A DNA stretch of 64,000 nt from a virus. This document shows, piece after piece, positions 54,572 through 64,000 of this stretch. The stretch covers positions 1-64,000 of IMG/VR virus record IMGVR_UViG_3300048839_000196; one strand, given 5' to 3'. Under the pieces are notes generated by a model. That model did no database searches. It was not told where the DNA came from and saw only the letters and a list, made by a program, of their open reading frames with translations. Both the position numbers and the translations under genes were made by a program. How positions within the stretch are numbered: position 1 is the first letter of the stretch; the number at the start of each line of letters is the position of its first letter.

Positions 54572-55151
54572 CCACTACATTGTCGCCTTTCCAAAGGAAC
54601 GTAAAGTTGGCAGCTTATTCCTGCCGACGCACCTTGGCGAAGAAGAGGGACTCTTTGCTCCAGAGGTAGGCCGGGTAGTTGGACTTCCTATGAAGTTCAC
54701 GAATAAGATGGCCATCCCATGCTCAGCGTTCGGCGAGTCCATGACCGTCAAGGATATCGAGCATAGCTTCTCGAACATTAAACTCGGCGATCAGGTCTTC
54801 TGTTCTTACCTTGCAACAGCGGATGAAGACAAACACATCATGGATGATGGCGATGATATGATCTACGCAGTACCAGCACACCTGCTTATAGCCATTGTCA
54901 ACGGAGAAGAACTCATCCCAACGGCGGACAAGGTAATTGTCATCCCGGCGGAAAAGCAGCTCAGTCAAATCGTTAAAGGCATCGAAGGCAAGGACTACGG
55001 CATGGGCACCATTGCCTTTAATTGCGATGGATTCACCAAAGGTCAGCGCGTAGTGTACTTAGAGAAATTCTCCTATGAGTTTAAATTTAAAAACCAAGCA
55101 TACGAAGCGGTGTATTCATCCGAGGTGTATGCTACAATTGAAAACAAATGA
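54552..55151 (+). CDS. GroES-like co-chaperonin (tandem domains)
   Basis: GSLFLP...GRVVGLP...IKLGDQV, then a second repeat P.ADKVIVIP...GTI...KGQRVVY. Confidence 0.7.
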   Translation: MMKSPSNHYIVAFPKERKVGSLFLPTHLGEEEGLFAPEVGRVVGLPMKFTNKMAIPCSAFGESMTVKDIEHSFSNIKLGDQVFCSYLATADEDKHIMDDGDDMIYAVPAHLLIAIVNGEELIPTADKVIVIPAEKQLSQIVKGIEGKDYGMGTIAFNCDGFTKGQRVVYLEKFSYEFKFKNQAYEAVYSSEVYATIENK

Positions 55152-55240
55152 GCAGTTTCCCAATCTATCTATTCTTTGCGATACTCGCAGTTTGCGTGGT
55201 GCTGAGTATCAAGCTGGCTAAAGAAATGAGCCAGTGGTAG
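55148..55240 (+). CDS. 30-aa single-TM peptide
   Basis: MSSFPISIFFAILAVCVVLSIKLAKEMSQW; ATGA coupling. Confidence 0.45.
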   Translation: MSSFPIYLFFAILAVCVVLSIKLAKEMSQW

Positions 55241-55461
55241 AGTACACGCGACTTGCCACAAACGCGCCTCCGCTTCCAGATAAGATCGAGGTGTACACCA
55301 GAACATACGAGGTGCTAGGGTACTACCGGCAACAATCCGGAAAGAAAGTTACGGTGCATAAAGACAAGGTTGTTCTGAAGAACATGAAAACAGAAGACAT
55401 AATTATTACCAACTGGCCGATGAACATCCGATTCGGTCACTACAAAGAGATCTATGGTTAG
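55234..55461 (+). CDS. Hypothetical protein
   Basis: Coupled ORF. Confidence 0.5.
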   Translation: MVEYTRLATNAPPLPDKIEVYTRTYEVLGYYRQQSGKKVTVHKDKVVLKNMKTEDIIITNWPMNIRFGHYKEIYG

Positions 55462-55963
55462 GCTGACAATAATAGAAACAGGCGACAAGGTACAGATCGA
55501 CGAAACAAAAGCAGCGATCTATAAGGTCAGTAATGGCGATGAAATTTCGCTTGCTCGCTGGCACGAGATTATTTCGTCTGACCTGCACGACGTCATAATG
55601 AATTACGCGGAAGATCAAAACAACTTATCTGACGCCCAGAAAACCATCAGTAGGCTCTGGAGTGAGCTAGGACGAACGATCGGTATAGAGGTGGAGTATA
55701 GTGACCTCCTTCATGCAATCATCAAACCAGAGGCTTCTGATGACGCTGTGGTGTTGCTTGCCGATTACTTCCTAACCATCAGAACATCTCTGATCGGGAA
55801 TATCGAGCTGGTCTTCCCAGCTAAGCGATACGAAGCGTATGCCAGAAACCACAGACAGTGGTTCATAGACTATATCGCAGATATGGACAAACAGACAAAA
55901 AAACTATTCCGCTCTAAATTAGAGCAGACACTTAAAAATCAGGAGCAATGCACGGAAAGATAA
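55454..55963 (+). CDS. Hypothetical protein
   Basis: Coupled ORF. Confidence 0.6.
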   Translation: MVRLTIIETGDKVQIDETKAAIYKVSNGDEISLARWHEIISSDLHDVIMNYAEDQNNLSDAQKTISRLWSELGRTIGIEVEYSDLLHAIIKPEASDDAVVLLADYFLTIRTSLIGNIELVFPAKRYEAYARNHRQWFIDYIADMDKQTKKLFRSKLEQTLKNQEQCTER

Positions 55964-56496
55964 TCGGTATCACTGGCCTATATGGTGCAGGTAAAGACAC
56001 AGTAGCGGATATCATCTGTATGATGTACCCGGAGTTCGGCTTCTCCAAGCTATCTTTGGCTGATGGAGTACGCCGGGTTTTCACTCAGATCACAGGCGAG
56101 GATGTGCCAAACGAGTACACACAGGACTGGAAGGCGCAATACAACTCGGTGATCGGAAAGACGAATCGGGAGATCCTTGAAGGGATCGGCAACGGCCTCC
56201 GGGAATCTATCTCCCCGGATATCTGGATAAACAGCCTGCTCATTCAGTTAAAGCGCGGCGGGAACTATGTCATCCCGGATGTCCGTTACGAGAATGAACT
56301 CCGCGCTATTGAGCAGCGCGGCGGGCTGATGATCCGGGTGGTTCGGCCAGACAATCCTACACCGCAAACAAACTCAGCTTCCAACAGCGATCTGAGTGGG
56401 TTTGATATGATCACGATTGAAAACTCCGGGCAAGTTGGCGACCTACTTAGCAAAGTGATTTCCGTAACCGAACAATACATAACAGGTGGCAAATAA
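55948..56496 (+). CDS. Deoxynucleoside monophosphate kinase
   Basis: IIGITG..GAGKDT, R..LE.IG...R...PD.WI and VIPDVRYENE motifs. Confidence 0.88.
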   Translation: MHGKIIGITGLYGAGKDTVADIICMMYPEFGFSKLSLADGVRRVFTQITGEDVPNEYTQDWKAQYNSVIGKTNREILEGIGNGLRESISPDIWINSLLIQLKRGGNYVIPDVRYENELRAIEQRGGLMIRVVRPDNPTPQTNSASNSDLSGFDMITIENSGQVGDLLSKVISVTEQYITGGK

Positions 56497-56749
56497 ATTC
56501 ATCGAGTCGATCCAGCAAAAGGAGTTCACCTCTGGAGCAGAAGTGATGGCTTTATTCAACGAATGCAAGAAGTACTGGAGTCACAGCGACCTGATCTTTA
56601 TTGGTGAGGACTTCGGCGCCTTTAACACAGCAACGCTGAACGATGAGGCTATCATACTTGCGTTCCTAGAAAACAATAGCTTACATGAGTTCATAGAGGA
56701 CTCCAAGATAAGTAAAGGCGGTGGATTCAAGTTCAAAATCACGGTATAA
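56486..56749 (+). CDS. Hypothetical protein
   Basis: Coupled ORF. Confidence 0.55.
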   Translation: MANKFIESIQQKEFTSGAEVMALFNECKKYWSHSDLIFIGEDFGAFNTATLNDEAIILAFLENNSLHEFIEDSKISKGGGFKFKITV

Positions 56750-57357
56750 TGAGCAGTATATTCAAGGCATCCGATTTTCACAAGATGCGCTGGAATGCGT
56801 ATAGGGCCAAGGACGAAGAGTCTCTTGGCCTTTCGCGTGATGTTCCGGCGGCTAAACGAATAATCAGTAACAAGCTCGAAGTACAAAAGTACTTCTGCTT
56901 TATGTACGATGTGAACTCTCCCCTGAATAAGCGGATTCAGAATGTCATGGAGCGAAAAGAAATGGCAGCACAGATGGCTGGCTTTGATCGCACGCTTGTT
57001 TCGACGATCAACGCTTTGCAGCAGCTTTTTAAGCTGGCGCTACCGATTCATCAGGAGGTTCTAGCTCAGATGCTTCGCGTACAGCACAATAGATCCTTTG
57101 ATCGGATCGTTGCTGAAGAGAACCTATTCTACCAATGCGTCGAGATCATCAACACGCCCCTTGAGTTTGGTGAAGATGTCGATCCGGAGAAAACCATTAA
57201 AGCGCTCAATGCGAAGCAGGTAACCCGTAAGATTATGGCGGAAACGGACGAGGCGTTACTCGCTCTACGGGCAAAGGTATTCTTTAATGAAGATGACCCA
57301 GCAAATGCAGTGGTCGAGAAGATGATCTCTTGGTCGCCAGAGGGAGTATCAGAGTAG
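56749..57357 (+). CDS. Putative terminase small subunit / conserved pre-TerL protein
   Basis: Y...MYD.NSPL motif; immediately upstream of TerL. Confidence 0.5.
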   Translation: MSSIFKASDFHKMRWNAYRAKDEESLGLSRDVPAAKRIISNKLEVQKYFCFMYDVNSPLNKRIQNVMERKEMAAQMAGFDRTLVSTINALQQLFKLALPIHQEVLAQMLRVQHNRSFDRIVAEENLFYQCVEIINTPLEFGEDVDPEKTIKALNAKQVTRKIMAETDEALLALRAKVFFNEDDPANAVVEKMISWSPEGVSE

Positions 57358-57365
57358 TATGAAAT

Positions 57366-59426
57366 ATGGAAAATAAAGATTGGTCACTCTGTGGACAGGG
57401 GCACGAGTCCTACATTTCTTGCCCGCTACCGGATGACTGGAGCTACGAGATCATTCAGGGTGTGCAGTGCGCCATACCTCCGGTTGGCTATGTACTCATG
57501 CCCGGGACTTCCGATCTGATATATATAGGCATAGACAAGAAGAACAAAGAGGAGGATGACTTCTACTGGATTCGCAATGGCCTACCTGATAACTACGAAG
57601 AAAAGCGAGCCGAGGAGATAATTAAGAAAGGCGAAGAGGAGAACTACGCCGATCCGGAGCTAGAGGCTTTCAGACAAGCGGCTTGGATTCGTAGGATATC
57701 CGGATGTTGGTTTGCTAACGGGCCAAAAGGAGAGCCCGTGTACATCTCAGGGAATCATTACTTCTACCTTGAATGGTGTTTCATCGCTGCCGAAGAGAAC
57801 AACGGCTACCCATCTTTCCGGGAAACAGACCGGCGCCTATTCCTTTTCCTAGAACACTGTGTCCAAAATCCAAACTCATACGGCATCCTTCTACTAACAA
57901 AGCGACGGAACGGGAAGACGCAAGCCAGCGCTTCGTTCGGGCTTAATCGGGTGACTAGAAAGAAGTATGCCAACTTAGGCATTCAGTCAAAGACTGCCGA
58001 GGATGCAGAAAAGGTAGTCTTCAAGGATGCAGTCATGCGCATGTTCCAACGCATGCCGCACTTCTTTCAACCAATACATGACTTTAGGAGAGCGGCCAAT
58101 GCTAAGAACACCTTTGTCTTCAAGCCAGCTCAAGGGGACATAAAGGCTATACAAGAAAAAAAATTCTTGGGTGGATGGATCGAGTGGAGGTCTTCCTCAG
58201 AAACAGCATTCGATGGTACCAAACTATCCGCATACATAGGCGATGAAATCTTCAAGACGCCCGTGGAAGTAGATATTTACAGCCGTTGGAATATTGTCAA
58301 GTACTGTTTGATCAATAACGGTCAGATATTCGGGAAGGCTATGCTTACCTCCACAGTAGAAGAGATTGAAGGCGCCATTGACGTGTACACAAAGTTCTGG
58401 AGAGATAGCGATCACCTGTACGCCAAAGGTAATGGCAAGTCAAAGACCGGTCTTTTCCGCTTCTTCATCCCCGGGGACGAGGCAAGGAATTATGACAAGT
58501 ACGGATATACAGACAAGACAAAGAACCGCAGTGAGATCCTTCAGGAGCGCGAGATGTTTAAGACGGATGTGCAGGTGTACAACTCCATTGTGCGCAAAGA
58601 CCCGCTTAGTGTGGATGAAGCGTTCCGATTTGTCTCCCGGGAATCTTTGTTCAACACGATAAAAATCTCAGACCAACTTGATGCCATTGCTTGGCGTGAA
58701 GACGAACTCCTAGAGCGGGGCAACCTGATCTGGACGGAGCACATGAAAGACTGCAAGTGGGTTCCATCACAGTCTGGTCGCTGGGTTCGCGTTCGTAAGA
58801 TTCAGTGGCCAGACGGGCCACTCACCACAGTGAAGGAGGAATATTCCAAGTCGTATATCCTTAACGGCGAGACTAAGTTCGTCATGGGCGTAGACCCTTA
58901 CAGGCACTCAAAGACGGAGTCCGGTTCTGGCTCTGATGGCGTTGGGTATATTCGCCTGAAGCACAATCCGCTCGATCCGGACAACTCAGATATGCCGGTC
59001 ATGTGCTATGCCTACCGGCACAAGATCGTAGATAAATTCCATGACGATATCTTAATCACGGCATTTTACTTGGGCTGCAAGGTGCTCTTCGAGAATCAGA
59101 TCATGGGGCTTGGCGAGTACTTCGAGGAGTACGGAGCCAGACAATTCCTTATAAAGGTTGGCGGAAACTCCAACTACGGCATAGCCGCTTCAAAGAAAAC
59201 GCTAGTTACTATGTGTAGCCTGATTGAAACAGACATAGAGAATAACTGCGACAAGAACTACTTCCCGGTACTTCTGCGTGACATAGCGAATTTTGACATA
59301 AACAACACGCAGCGATTTGACCACACCATGGCCTACGGATATTCTCTGCTTGCTGACAACCGAGTGCTAATCACCAAGAAAAAGCACGAATCGCTTAAGA
59401 TGATAGACATCGGCGATTTATTCTAA
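57366..59426 (+). CDS. terL: Terminase large subunit
   Basis: YISG.HYFYL, Walker A KRRNGKT, Walker B IGDE, RNase H-like MGVDPY, LFEN and FD.TMA.G motifs. Confidence 0.92.
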   Translation: MENKDWSLCGQGHESYISCPLPDDWSYEIIQGVQCAIPPVGYVLMPGTSDLIYIGIDKKNKEEDDFYWIRNGLPDNYEEKRAEEIIKKGEEENYADPELEAFRQAAWIRRISGCWFANGPKGEPVYISGNHYFYLEWCFIAAEENNGYPSFRETDRRLFLFLEHCVQNPNSYGILLLTKRRNGKTQASASFGLNRVTRKKYANLGIQSKTAEDAEKVVFKDAVMRMFQRMPHFFQPIHDFRRAANAKNTFVFKPAQGDIKAIQEKKFLGGWIEWRSSSETAFDGTKLSAYIGDEIFKTPVEVDIYSRWNIVKYCLINNGQIFGKAMLTSTVEEIEGAIDVYTKFWRDSDHLYAKGNGKSKTGLFRFFIPGDEARNYDKYGYTDKTKNRSEILQEREMFKTDVQVYNSIVRKDPLSVDEAFRFVSRESLFNTIKISDQLDAIAWREDELLERGNLIWTEHMKDCKWVPSQSGRWVRVRKIQWPDGPLTTVKEEYSKSYILNGETKFVMGVDPYRHSKTESGSGSDGVGYIRLKHNPLDPDNSDMPVMCYAYRHKIVDKFHDDILITAFYLGCKVLFENQIMGLGEYFEEYGARQFLIKVGGNSNYGIAASKKTLVTMCSLIETDIENNCDKNYFPVLLRDIANFDINNTQRFDHTMAYGYSLLADNRVLITKKKHESLKMIDIGDLF

Positions 59427-59465
59427 TGGCGAACAATAGTTTACTTTTGTAGCAAACAGGTTTTT

Positions 59466-61775
59466 ATGCAGGAATTTCCTAAGCTCGATATAGATGCCCG
59501 CAAGAAAGACAAGGCTTGGGGCATATCATTTGCAAAAGCTGCGTTTGATAATTATCACACCGGCGGATGGGGTTCGCTATTTGCGAATCGCAATCGCTAT
59601 CGGGAGTTCGCCGACTACTCCATGAACCGGCAGAGCGTAGAGCGCTACAAGCGTATGCTTAAGGTGGACGAGTCGCCAGACCCAACGTTCCAGAATCTAA
59701 ACTGGACACCACTGCCAATCCTCCCAAAGATTATAGAGCTTGCTCTCGCTATCACAAAGAAGGCAGACTTCGATATCATCGCTACACCTATAGATCCTAT
59801 GTCTAGGCTGGAAACTCAGCGCTTCTTTGCTCAGCAAGAAGCAAAGATCAGGATTCGTAAAGAGCTTGAGCGAATGGCGCCGGGCCTTGCTGAGCAATCG
59901 CCAATCCGAAAACAGGAGAACGAACCAAGCGATCTTGAAGAGCTGGAGATCCAGCGCATGTTTACATATAAACACGCAGCCGCAACAGAGATCGAGCAGT
60001 TCCTCAGTGTAGTTTCTCTCCAGAATAACATGGAGGAGATCAGGGCAGAGATAAAGCGCTCCGTACTTGTAAATGGGATCTCAGCCGTAAAGGAGTATGT
60101 TGATACAGATGGGATTATCCGGATAAGGAATGTCAACCCAGCAAACATGATATGCTCCCGCGTGATCCGAAGGGACTTCAAGGACGCTGCATTTATCGGC
60201 GAAGTGATCGAACTAAACCCATCAGATGTAATGGAGATGGCAGCAGGTGAAGTAACGCCGGAGCAACTAAAGGATATGCAGAACGGCATAAATAGAACCG
60301 CTTCTGCCTATGGCCTTCCAGCAGCTACCGTGTCACCGGGATCTTTCTTCGACGGTAAGATCAGGGTACTTGACCTAGAGTGGCTGGCCTATGATCCGAT
60401 TGCTATGGTGGTAAATACGGACAAGTATGGCAACAAGCATGTCAGCAGGACTAGCCCTGAGAAGGCTTCAAAGGTACAGTACGTCAAGACAATCTACAAA
60501 ATAAAGTGGGTGATCGGCACAGACATCTGCTTTGACTTTGGCCGGGTTACAAACATGAAGCGCAAGTCTTCATCACTCTCCGAGACAAGTCTTTCTTATC
60601 ACGTCTTCGCCCCTAGTTTTGATTACTTCTCTATGTCTGCTACCAGTAAGGTCGAGCAGGTCATGGGTATTGTCGATCAGATCAATCTGGCATGGTATCA
60701 GCTTCAGCACGCTATTGCTAAGTCAAGGCCAAAAGGGGTGACTATTGAGATTGGCGCCCTTGAAGATGTGAACGTAGGTAAAGGCGGGCAGGCTTTAACG
60801 CCAAAGGATCTTATTGAAGTGTACAATCAGACCGGCAACGTGTACTATCGTCAACGCGACCTAGAGGGTAATATGTCGAACTATCGTCCGATCACAGAAC
60901 TTCAGGGCGGTATGGGCGTAGTTGCTCAGGAGTTTATGACCCTGATGCAGTATAACATCGGGCTACTCAAAGAGGTAGTTGGAATCAACGACGCAACAGA
61001 TGGGTTTACCGGGCAAAGATCGTACTCAGCCGCCGTTAATGCTGGGGTAGAGGCGACAAACAATGCACTCTACTCGATCATAGAGTCGGATAGAGAGATC
61101 CTTCAGTCGCTTGCTGATGCGCTTGTTCTCCGCATTCAGTCGCTCGCCCGGTCAAAGAACATCAATCCAACCTATATCGCATCACTAGGAAAGCCATCCA
61201 TGGATTTCTTTAAATCCATCGGCGATATATCTGCTATTGAGTTCGGTATATCGCTAGACCCAAGGCCGAATCAACTAGAGCGCGAGCTATTCTTCCAAGA
61301 CTTAAACAAGCTGATAGATGCCGGGCAGGTAGATGTAGATGATGCAATCTATCTCAGGCAGATCCCATCACTCAAAGCGGCCACTGCGCTTCTGGCCTAT
61401 AAGGTGAAGAAGAAGCGCGAAAAGGCATTTGAGCAGCAGCAGCAGATGATGACGCAGAATGCGCAAGTGCAACAGCAGAGCGCCATGATGAATGAGCAGG
61501 CTAAGCAACAGACAATACAGATGCAGGCCGAGCTTGAATCACAAATCCTGCAACTCAAGCACCAGCAAGCCATGGAGCTTAAACAAATGGATATGCAGAT
61601 ACAGGCCATGAAAGCACAGATTGTTGCAGCTCAGACCATTGATGCGGAACAACTGAAGAGTGAAAGCAAGGAGTATATCGCTGAGCTTGCAGCAGAGGCA
61701 AGAAAGACAATGACTGAGCAACAGGGATCAGCTTCTAGGCGCCCATCACAGACGCTTAGTGATGCTGTTCGCTAA
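59466..61775 (+). CDS. Portal protein (crAss-like)
   Basis: LNWTPLPILPKI, IR.VNP.N, YQ.TG..YY, GINDA.DG and A.NNA motifs; Gln-rich coiled-coil C-terminus; follows TerL. Confidence 0.88.
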   Translation: MQEFPKLDIDARKKDKAWGISFAKAAFDNYHTGGWGSLFANRNRYREFADYSMNRQSVERYKRMLKVDESPDPTFQNLNWTPLPILPKIIELALAITKKADFDIIATPIDPMSRLETQRFFAQQEAKIRIRKELERMAPGLAEQSPIRKQENEPSDLEELEIQRMFTYKHAAATEIEQFLSVVSLQNNMEEIRAEIKRSVLVNGISAVKEYVDTDGIIRIRNVNPANMICSRVIRRDFKDAAFIGEVIELNPSDVMEMAAGEVTPEQLKDMQNGINRTASAYGLPAATVSPGSFFDGKIRVLDLEWLAYDPIAMVVNTDKYGNKHVSRTSPEKASKVQYVKTIYKIKWVIGTDICFDFGRVTNMKRKSSSLSETSLSYHVFAPSFDYFSMSATSKVEQVMGIVDQINLAWYQLQHAIAKSRPKGVTIEIGALEDVNVGKGGQALTPKDLIEVYNQTGNVYYRQRDLEGNMSNYRPITELQGGMGVVAQEFMTLMQYNIGLLKEVVGINDATDGFTGQRSYSAAVNAGVEATNNALYSIIESDREILQSLADALVLRIQSLARSKNINPTYIASLGKPSMDFFKSIGDISAIEFGISLDPRPNQLERELFFQDLNKLIDAGQVDVDDAIYLRQIPSLKAATALLAYKVKKKREKAFEQQQQMMTQNAQVQQQSAMMNEQAKQQTIQMQAELESQILQLKHQQAMELKQMDMQIQAMKAQIVAAQTIDAEQLKSESKEYIAELAAEARKTMTEQQGSASRRPSQTLSDAVR

Positions 61776-61835
61776 TTGATTACAACTATACGCAAGAAGG
61801 TTATAATATTTGCACATCGGTAAAACACACACAAT

Positions 61836-62924
61836 ATGCCCAAAATTGGAAACATTGAATTTAACGTCGGTTCGTCGCCGCAGGATCAGACGCCTGCTGC
61901 ACCAAGTGCTCAGGAAGGAACGGCAACTGCGCCTACTGCCGAGGCTAATACAGCTCCAGTTGCAAGCGCAACTGAGTCACCCGAAGGCACAAATGCTACT
62001 GCTGCACAGCAACCGGAGCAAGCTCAGTATAGTGCTGAGCAACCGAAAGCGCAGGCTGCAAGCACAGATCAACCGGCTGTTGTCCCACGGGAATGGGAGA
62101 TCCTACTAGCTGACGAAACATTCAAGTCACTTGCTCAGTCATTCTTGGCTGGTGACGAAGATGCAGTACTCAGCGTAATGTCCGAGCAGGTCGGACGCTT
62201 GAAAGAATTAAGGACGGATTATAAGTCCATGGATGCTGACTCAGTTATCCGGGCGAAAGTCCAGAAAGAATATCCTGACCTGTATGGCCGGGCGCTAGAG
62301 AAAGCCATAGAGCGGTATCATGCCGCAAACTTTGGCGAGGCGCCAGATCCAGACAGTGATGATGACGGAGACATCTCTCTTTACAACTCCACCAAGAACC
62401 GCCATGCGCAGAAATTGCGGGCAGAACTATTGGCAGAGCAAGAAAAGCTGAGATCGAAGTCCATTGATCATTTGAAATTAGAGGTAGAAGAGCACCTGAG
62501 TAAACAAAAGCAAGAGCAAGAAAAAGCGCAAAAGGCGTGGGAAGCTCAGCTCATGGGTAATCAGGTGATTGCATCAGCGATTAAAGATGGCTCCATTAAT
62601 GTTGGTAAACCCGACAAGCCAGTGCTTTTTAAGCTCCCCGATCAGGAGCGATTCAAAAAAGCAGTCGCAGAAGATGCAGAGTTCTTCAGCCTATTTGCTA
62701 CCGGCGATAAAGAAAAGCCGGTTGACTTATCACGCTGGGCGAGAGTAGTTGCCTTTGCGCTTGACCCAGAAGGGTACGATGCTGCGATCTTGGCAGCCGG
62801 AAGTTCTTCAGGCAAAGAAGCCATCATGGATGAACTAATCAATCCGGCTAAACCAAACCCGACATCACCTCCTTCACCGTCAACGCTTGGCGACGCAATC
62901 TTGTCGGCAATTCGTAAACGATAA
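61836..62924 (+). CDS. Putative scaffold/head assembly protein
   Basis: Acidic disordered N-terminus and a coiled coil; lies between the portal and the MCP. Confidence 0.6.
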   Translation: MPKIGNIEFNVGSSPQDQTPAAPSAQEGTATAPTAEANTAPVASATESPEGTNATAAQQPEQAQYSAEQPKAQAASTDQPAVVPREWEILLADETFKSLAQSFLAGDEDAVLSVMSEQVGRLKELRTDYKSMDADSVIRAKVQKEYPDLYGRALEKAIERYHAANFGEAPDPDSDDDGDISLYNSTKNRHAQKLRAELLAEQEKLRSKSIDHLKLEVEEHLSKQKQEQEKAQKAWEAQLMGNQVIASAIKDGSINVGKPDKPVLFKLPDQERFKKAVAEDAEFFSLFATGDKEKPVDLSRWARVVAFALDPEGYDAAILAAGSSSGKEAIMDELINPAKPNPTSPPSPSTLGDAILSAIRKR

Positions 62925-62937
62925 AAAGTAAACTCAA

Positions 62938-64000
62938 ATGCCTACATTTGGAACTACCACTAAGGGCCGCGTATCTGCCCTAACCGTGCCGAACATCATC
63001 GACCGGCGCGAAATCTTGAACCACGTTCTGAACGTGACGAACGAAGAGATCTCCTTTGTCGAGGTCATGCAGCTCATGGGCCGCATGGTGCCTACCGACC
63101 AAGTCGAGTACTACAACCTCATCAACGAGGAACTTAGCGTGAATGTAACCGTAACTGCGATTGACGACAGCACATACAGCACTGCTCGCCCACTCGTTAC
63201 GCTCAGTGCTGGCGACTATGCGAAAGTCCGTGAAGGCGAATTGGTTATATGTCCGAACAAGCAAGTTGGTTACATTGTAGCCAAGTCCAGCTACGGGTCA
63301 GTAACTCTTGGCGCCAATCAAATCGAACTCAAGAACGGCGCTGACGGCGTTAGCCTTGGTCTTGCAATTGGCTCAAAGCTCGCTGTGTTCTCCAACGCAT
63401 CCGGTGAAGGAAGCTCTGCCCCTGCGAATCGTCGCTACGATGTCTCCAAGGAAGTAAACCACATCCAGACCTTTAAGGAGAGCTACAAGGTCACGGATAT
63501 CGAAATGGGCAGCAAGGCCGAGTTCGAGTTTGAAGGCAAGCCAATGTACTTCAGCTACGAGCAGGCTCAAGTGTATGCCAAGTTCTTGCAGGCGGTTTCC
63601 GCTGGCTTGCTTTTTGGCCGTCAGTCCACCGATACCTTCAACGATGCCGTGACTTCTGCTACGCTTACCGACAAGTCCGGGAACATTGTCTCCCTGACCA
63701 AAGGTTTGAACCAGTACTGCGAAGAAGGCATCTCTGTTTCCGGCTCTGGAATCTCCACGACGACCTATGCTGACTACGCTCGCTTGCTTGCAAAGGCTCG
63801 TGCTCCGAAGCAGTATATGATCCTCATGGGTACCGAGATGAGCATAGCTCACGATAACATGTTAAAAGCGCTCAACGACACAGACGCGATCTCGCCTCTG
63901 GCGAGATTCTCCGTTGACGGCAAGAGCCTTGACTTCGGCGCCGATGCGTTTAAGCTGTATGGTTTCACTTTCACCAAAAAAGTGATGCCTGTCTTTGATC
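62938..64000 (+). CDS. Major capsid protein (3'-truncated)
   Basis: ATG 62938 MPTFGTTTKGRVSAL...; open to the window end (absent from the ORF track); SNASGEGS...NHIQTFKESYKVTD...TKGL; follows the portal and scaffold. Confidence 0.85.
   Translation, partial: MPTFGTTTKGRVSALTVPNIIDRREILNHVLNVTNEEISFVEVMQLMGRMVPTDQVEYYNLINEELSVNVTVTAIDDSTYSTARPLVTLSAGDYAKVREGELVICPNKQVGYIVAKSSYGSVTLGANQIELKNGADGVSLGLAIGSKLAVFSNASGEGSSAPANRRYDVSKEVNHIQTFKESYKVTDIEMGSKAEFEFEGKPMYFSYEQAQVYAKFLQAVSAGLLFGRQSTDTFNDAVTSATLTDKSGNIVSLTKGLNQYCEEGISVSGSGISTTTYADYARLLAKARAPKQYMILMGTEMSIAHDNMLKALNDTDAISPLARFSVDGKSLDFGADAFKLYGFTFTKKVMPVFD

Noticed and set aside
55149-55240. Stop read-through adding a TM helix to the GroES-like protein
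   Set aside because: The hydrophobic stretch is in a different frame with its own ATG at 55148.
1-64000. Stop-codon reassignment as in some crAss-like phages
   Set aside because: Long genes are intact in the standard code, TAA, TAG and TGA all end coupled genes, and no suppressor tRNA was seen.

Overview
This window is a 64-kb piece of a tailed dsDNA phage of Bacteroidota. Eleven host-type TTG-N20-TAnnTTTG promoters, AT-rich leaders and signal peptides with Gln at +1 point to that host. The virion genes resemble those of crAss-like/Crassvirales-related podoviruses. On + lie TerL, portal, a scaffold-like protein and the 5' part of the MCP (57.4-64 kb). On - lie ring/tubular proteins, a muzzle/stabilisation protein and three ejected-cargo genes, the last a 3105-aa large polyvalent protein rather than a recognisable virion RNA polymerase (12-29.8 kb). 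Between them are lysis enzymes, a replication/recombination module with no polymerase (SSB, primase-helicase, initiator, YqaJ exonuclease, annealase), a tyrosine integrase, an AT-rich early region with repeated promoters and operators, and a small tRNA operon. Positions 1-12 kb hold a + strand fibre/accessory module whose first 6.8 kb looks like it came from a different, sipho-type phage. The three most unusual signals are: (i) two enlarged cloverleaf tRNA-like RNAs in the early region with identical acceptor/T-arm/G-CTA ends, plus a third tRNA-like RNA with a shrunken anticodon arm; (ii) an integron-type gene cassette with reciprocally swapped attC-like core sites directly downstream of the integrase; (iii) five fibre/structural-type and protease genes carrying Sec signal peptides. 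All protein calls come from reading motifs by eye; no database search or folding program was run.
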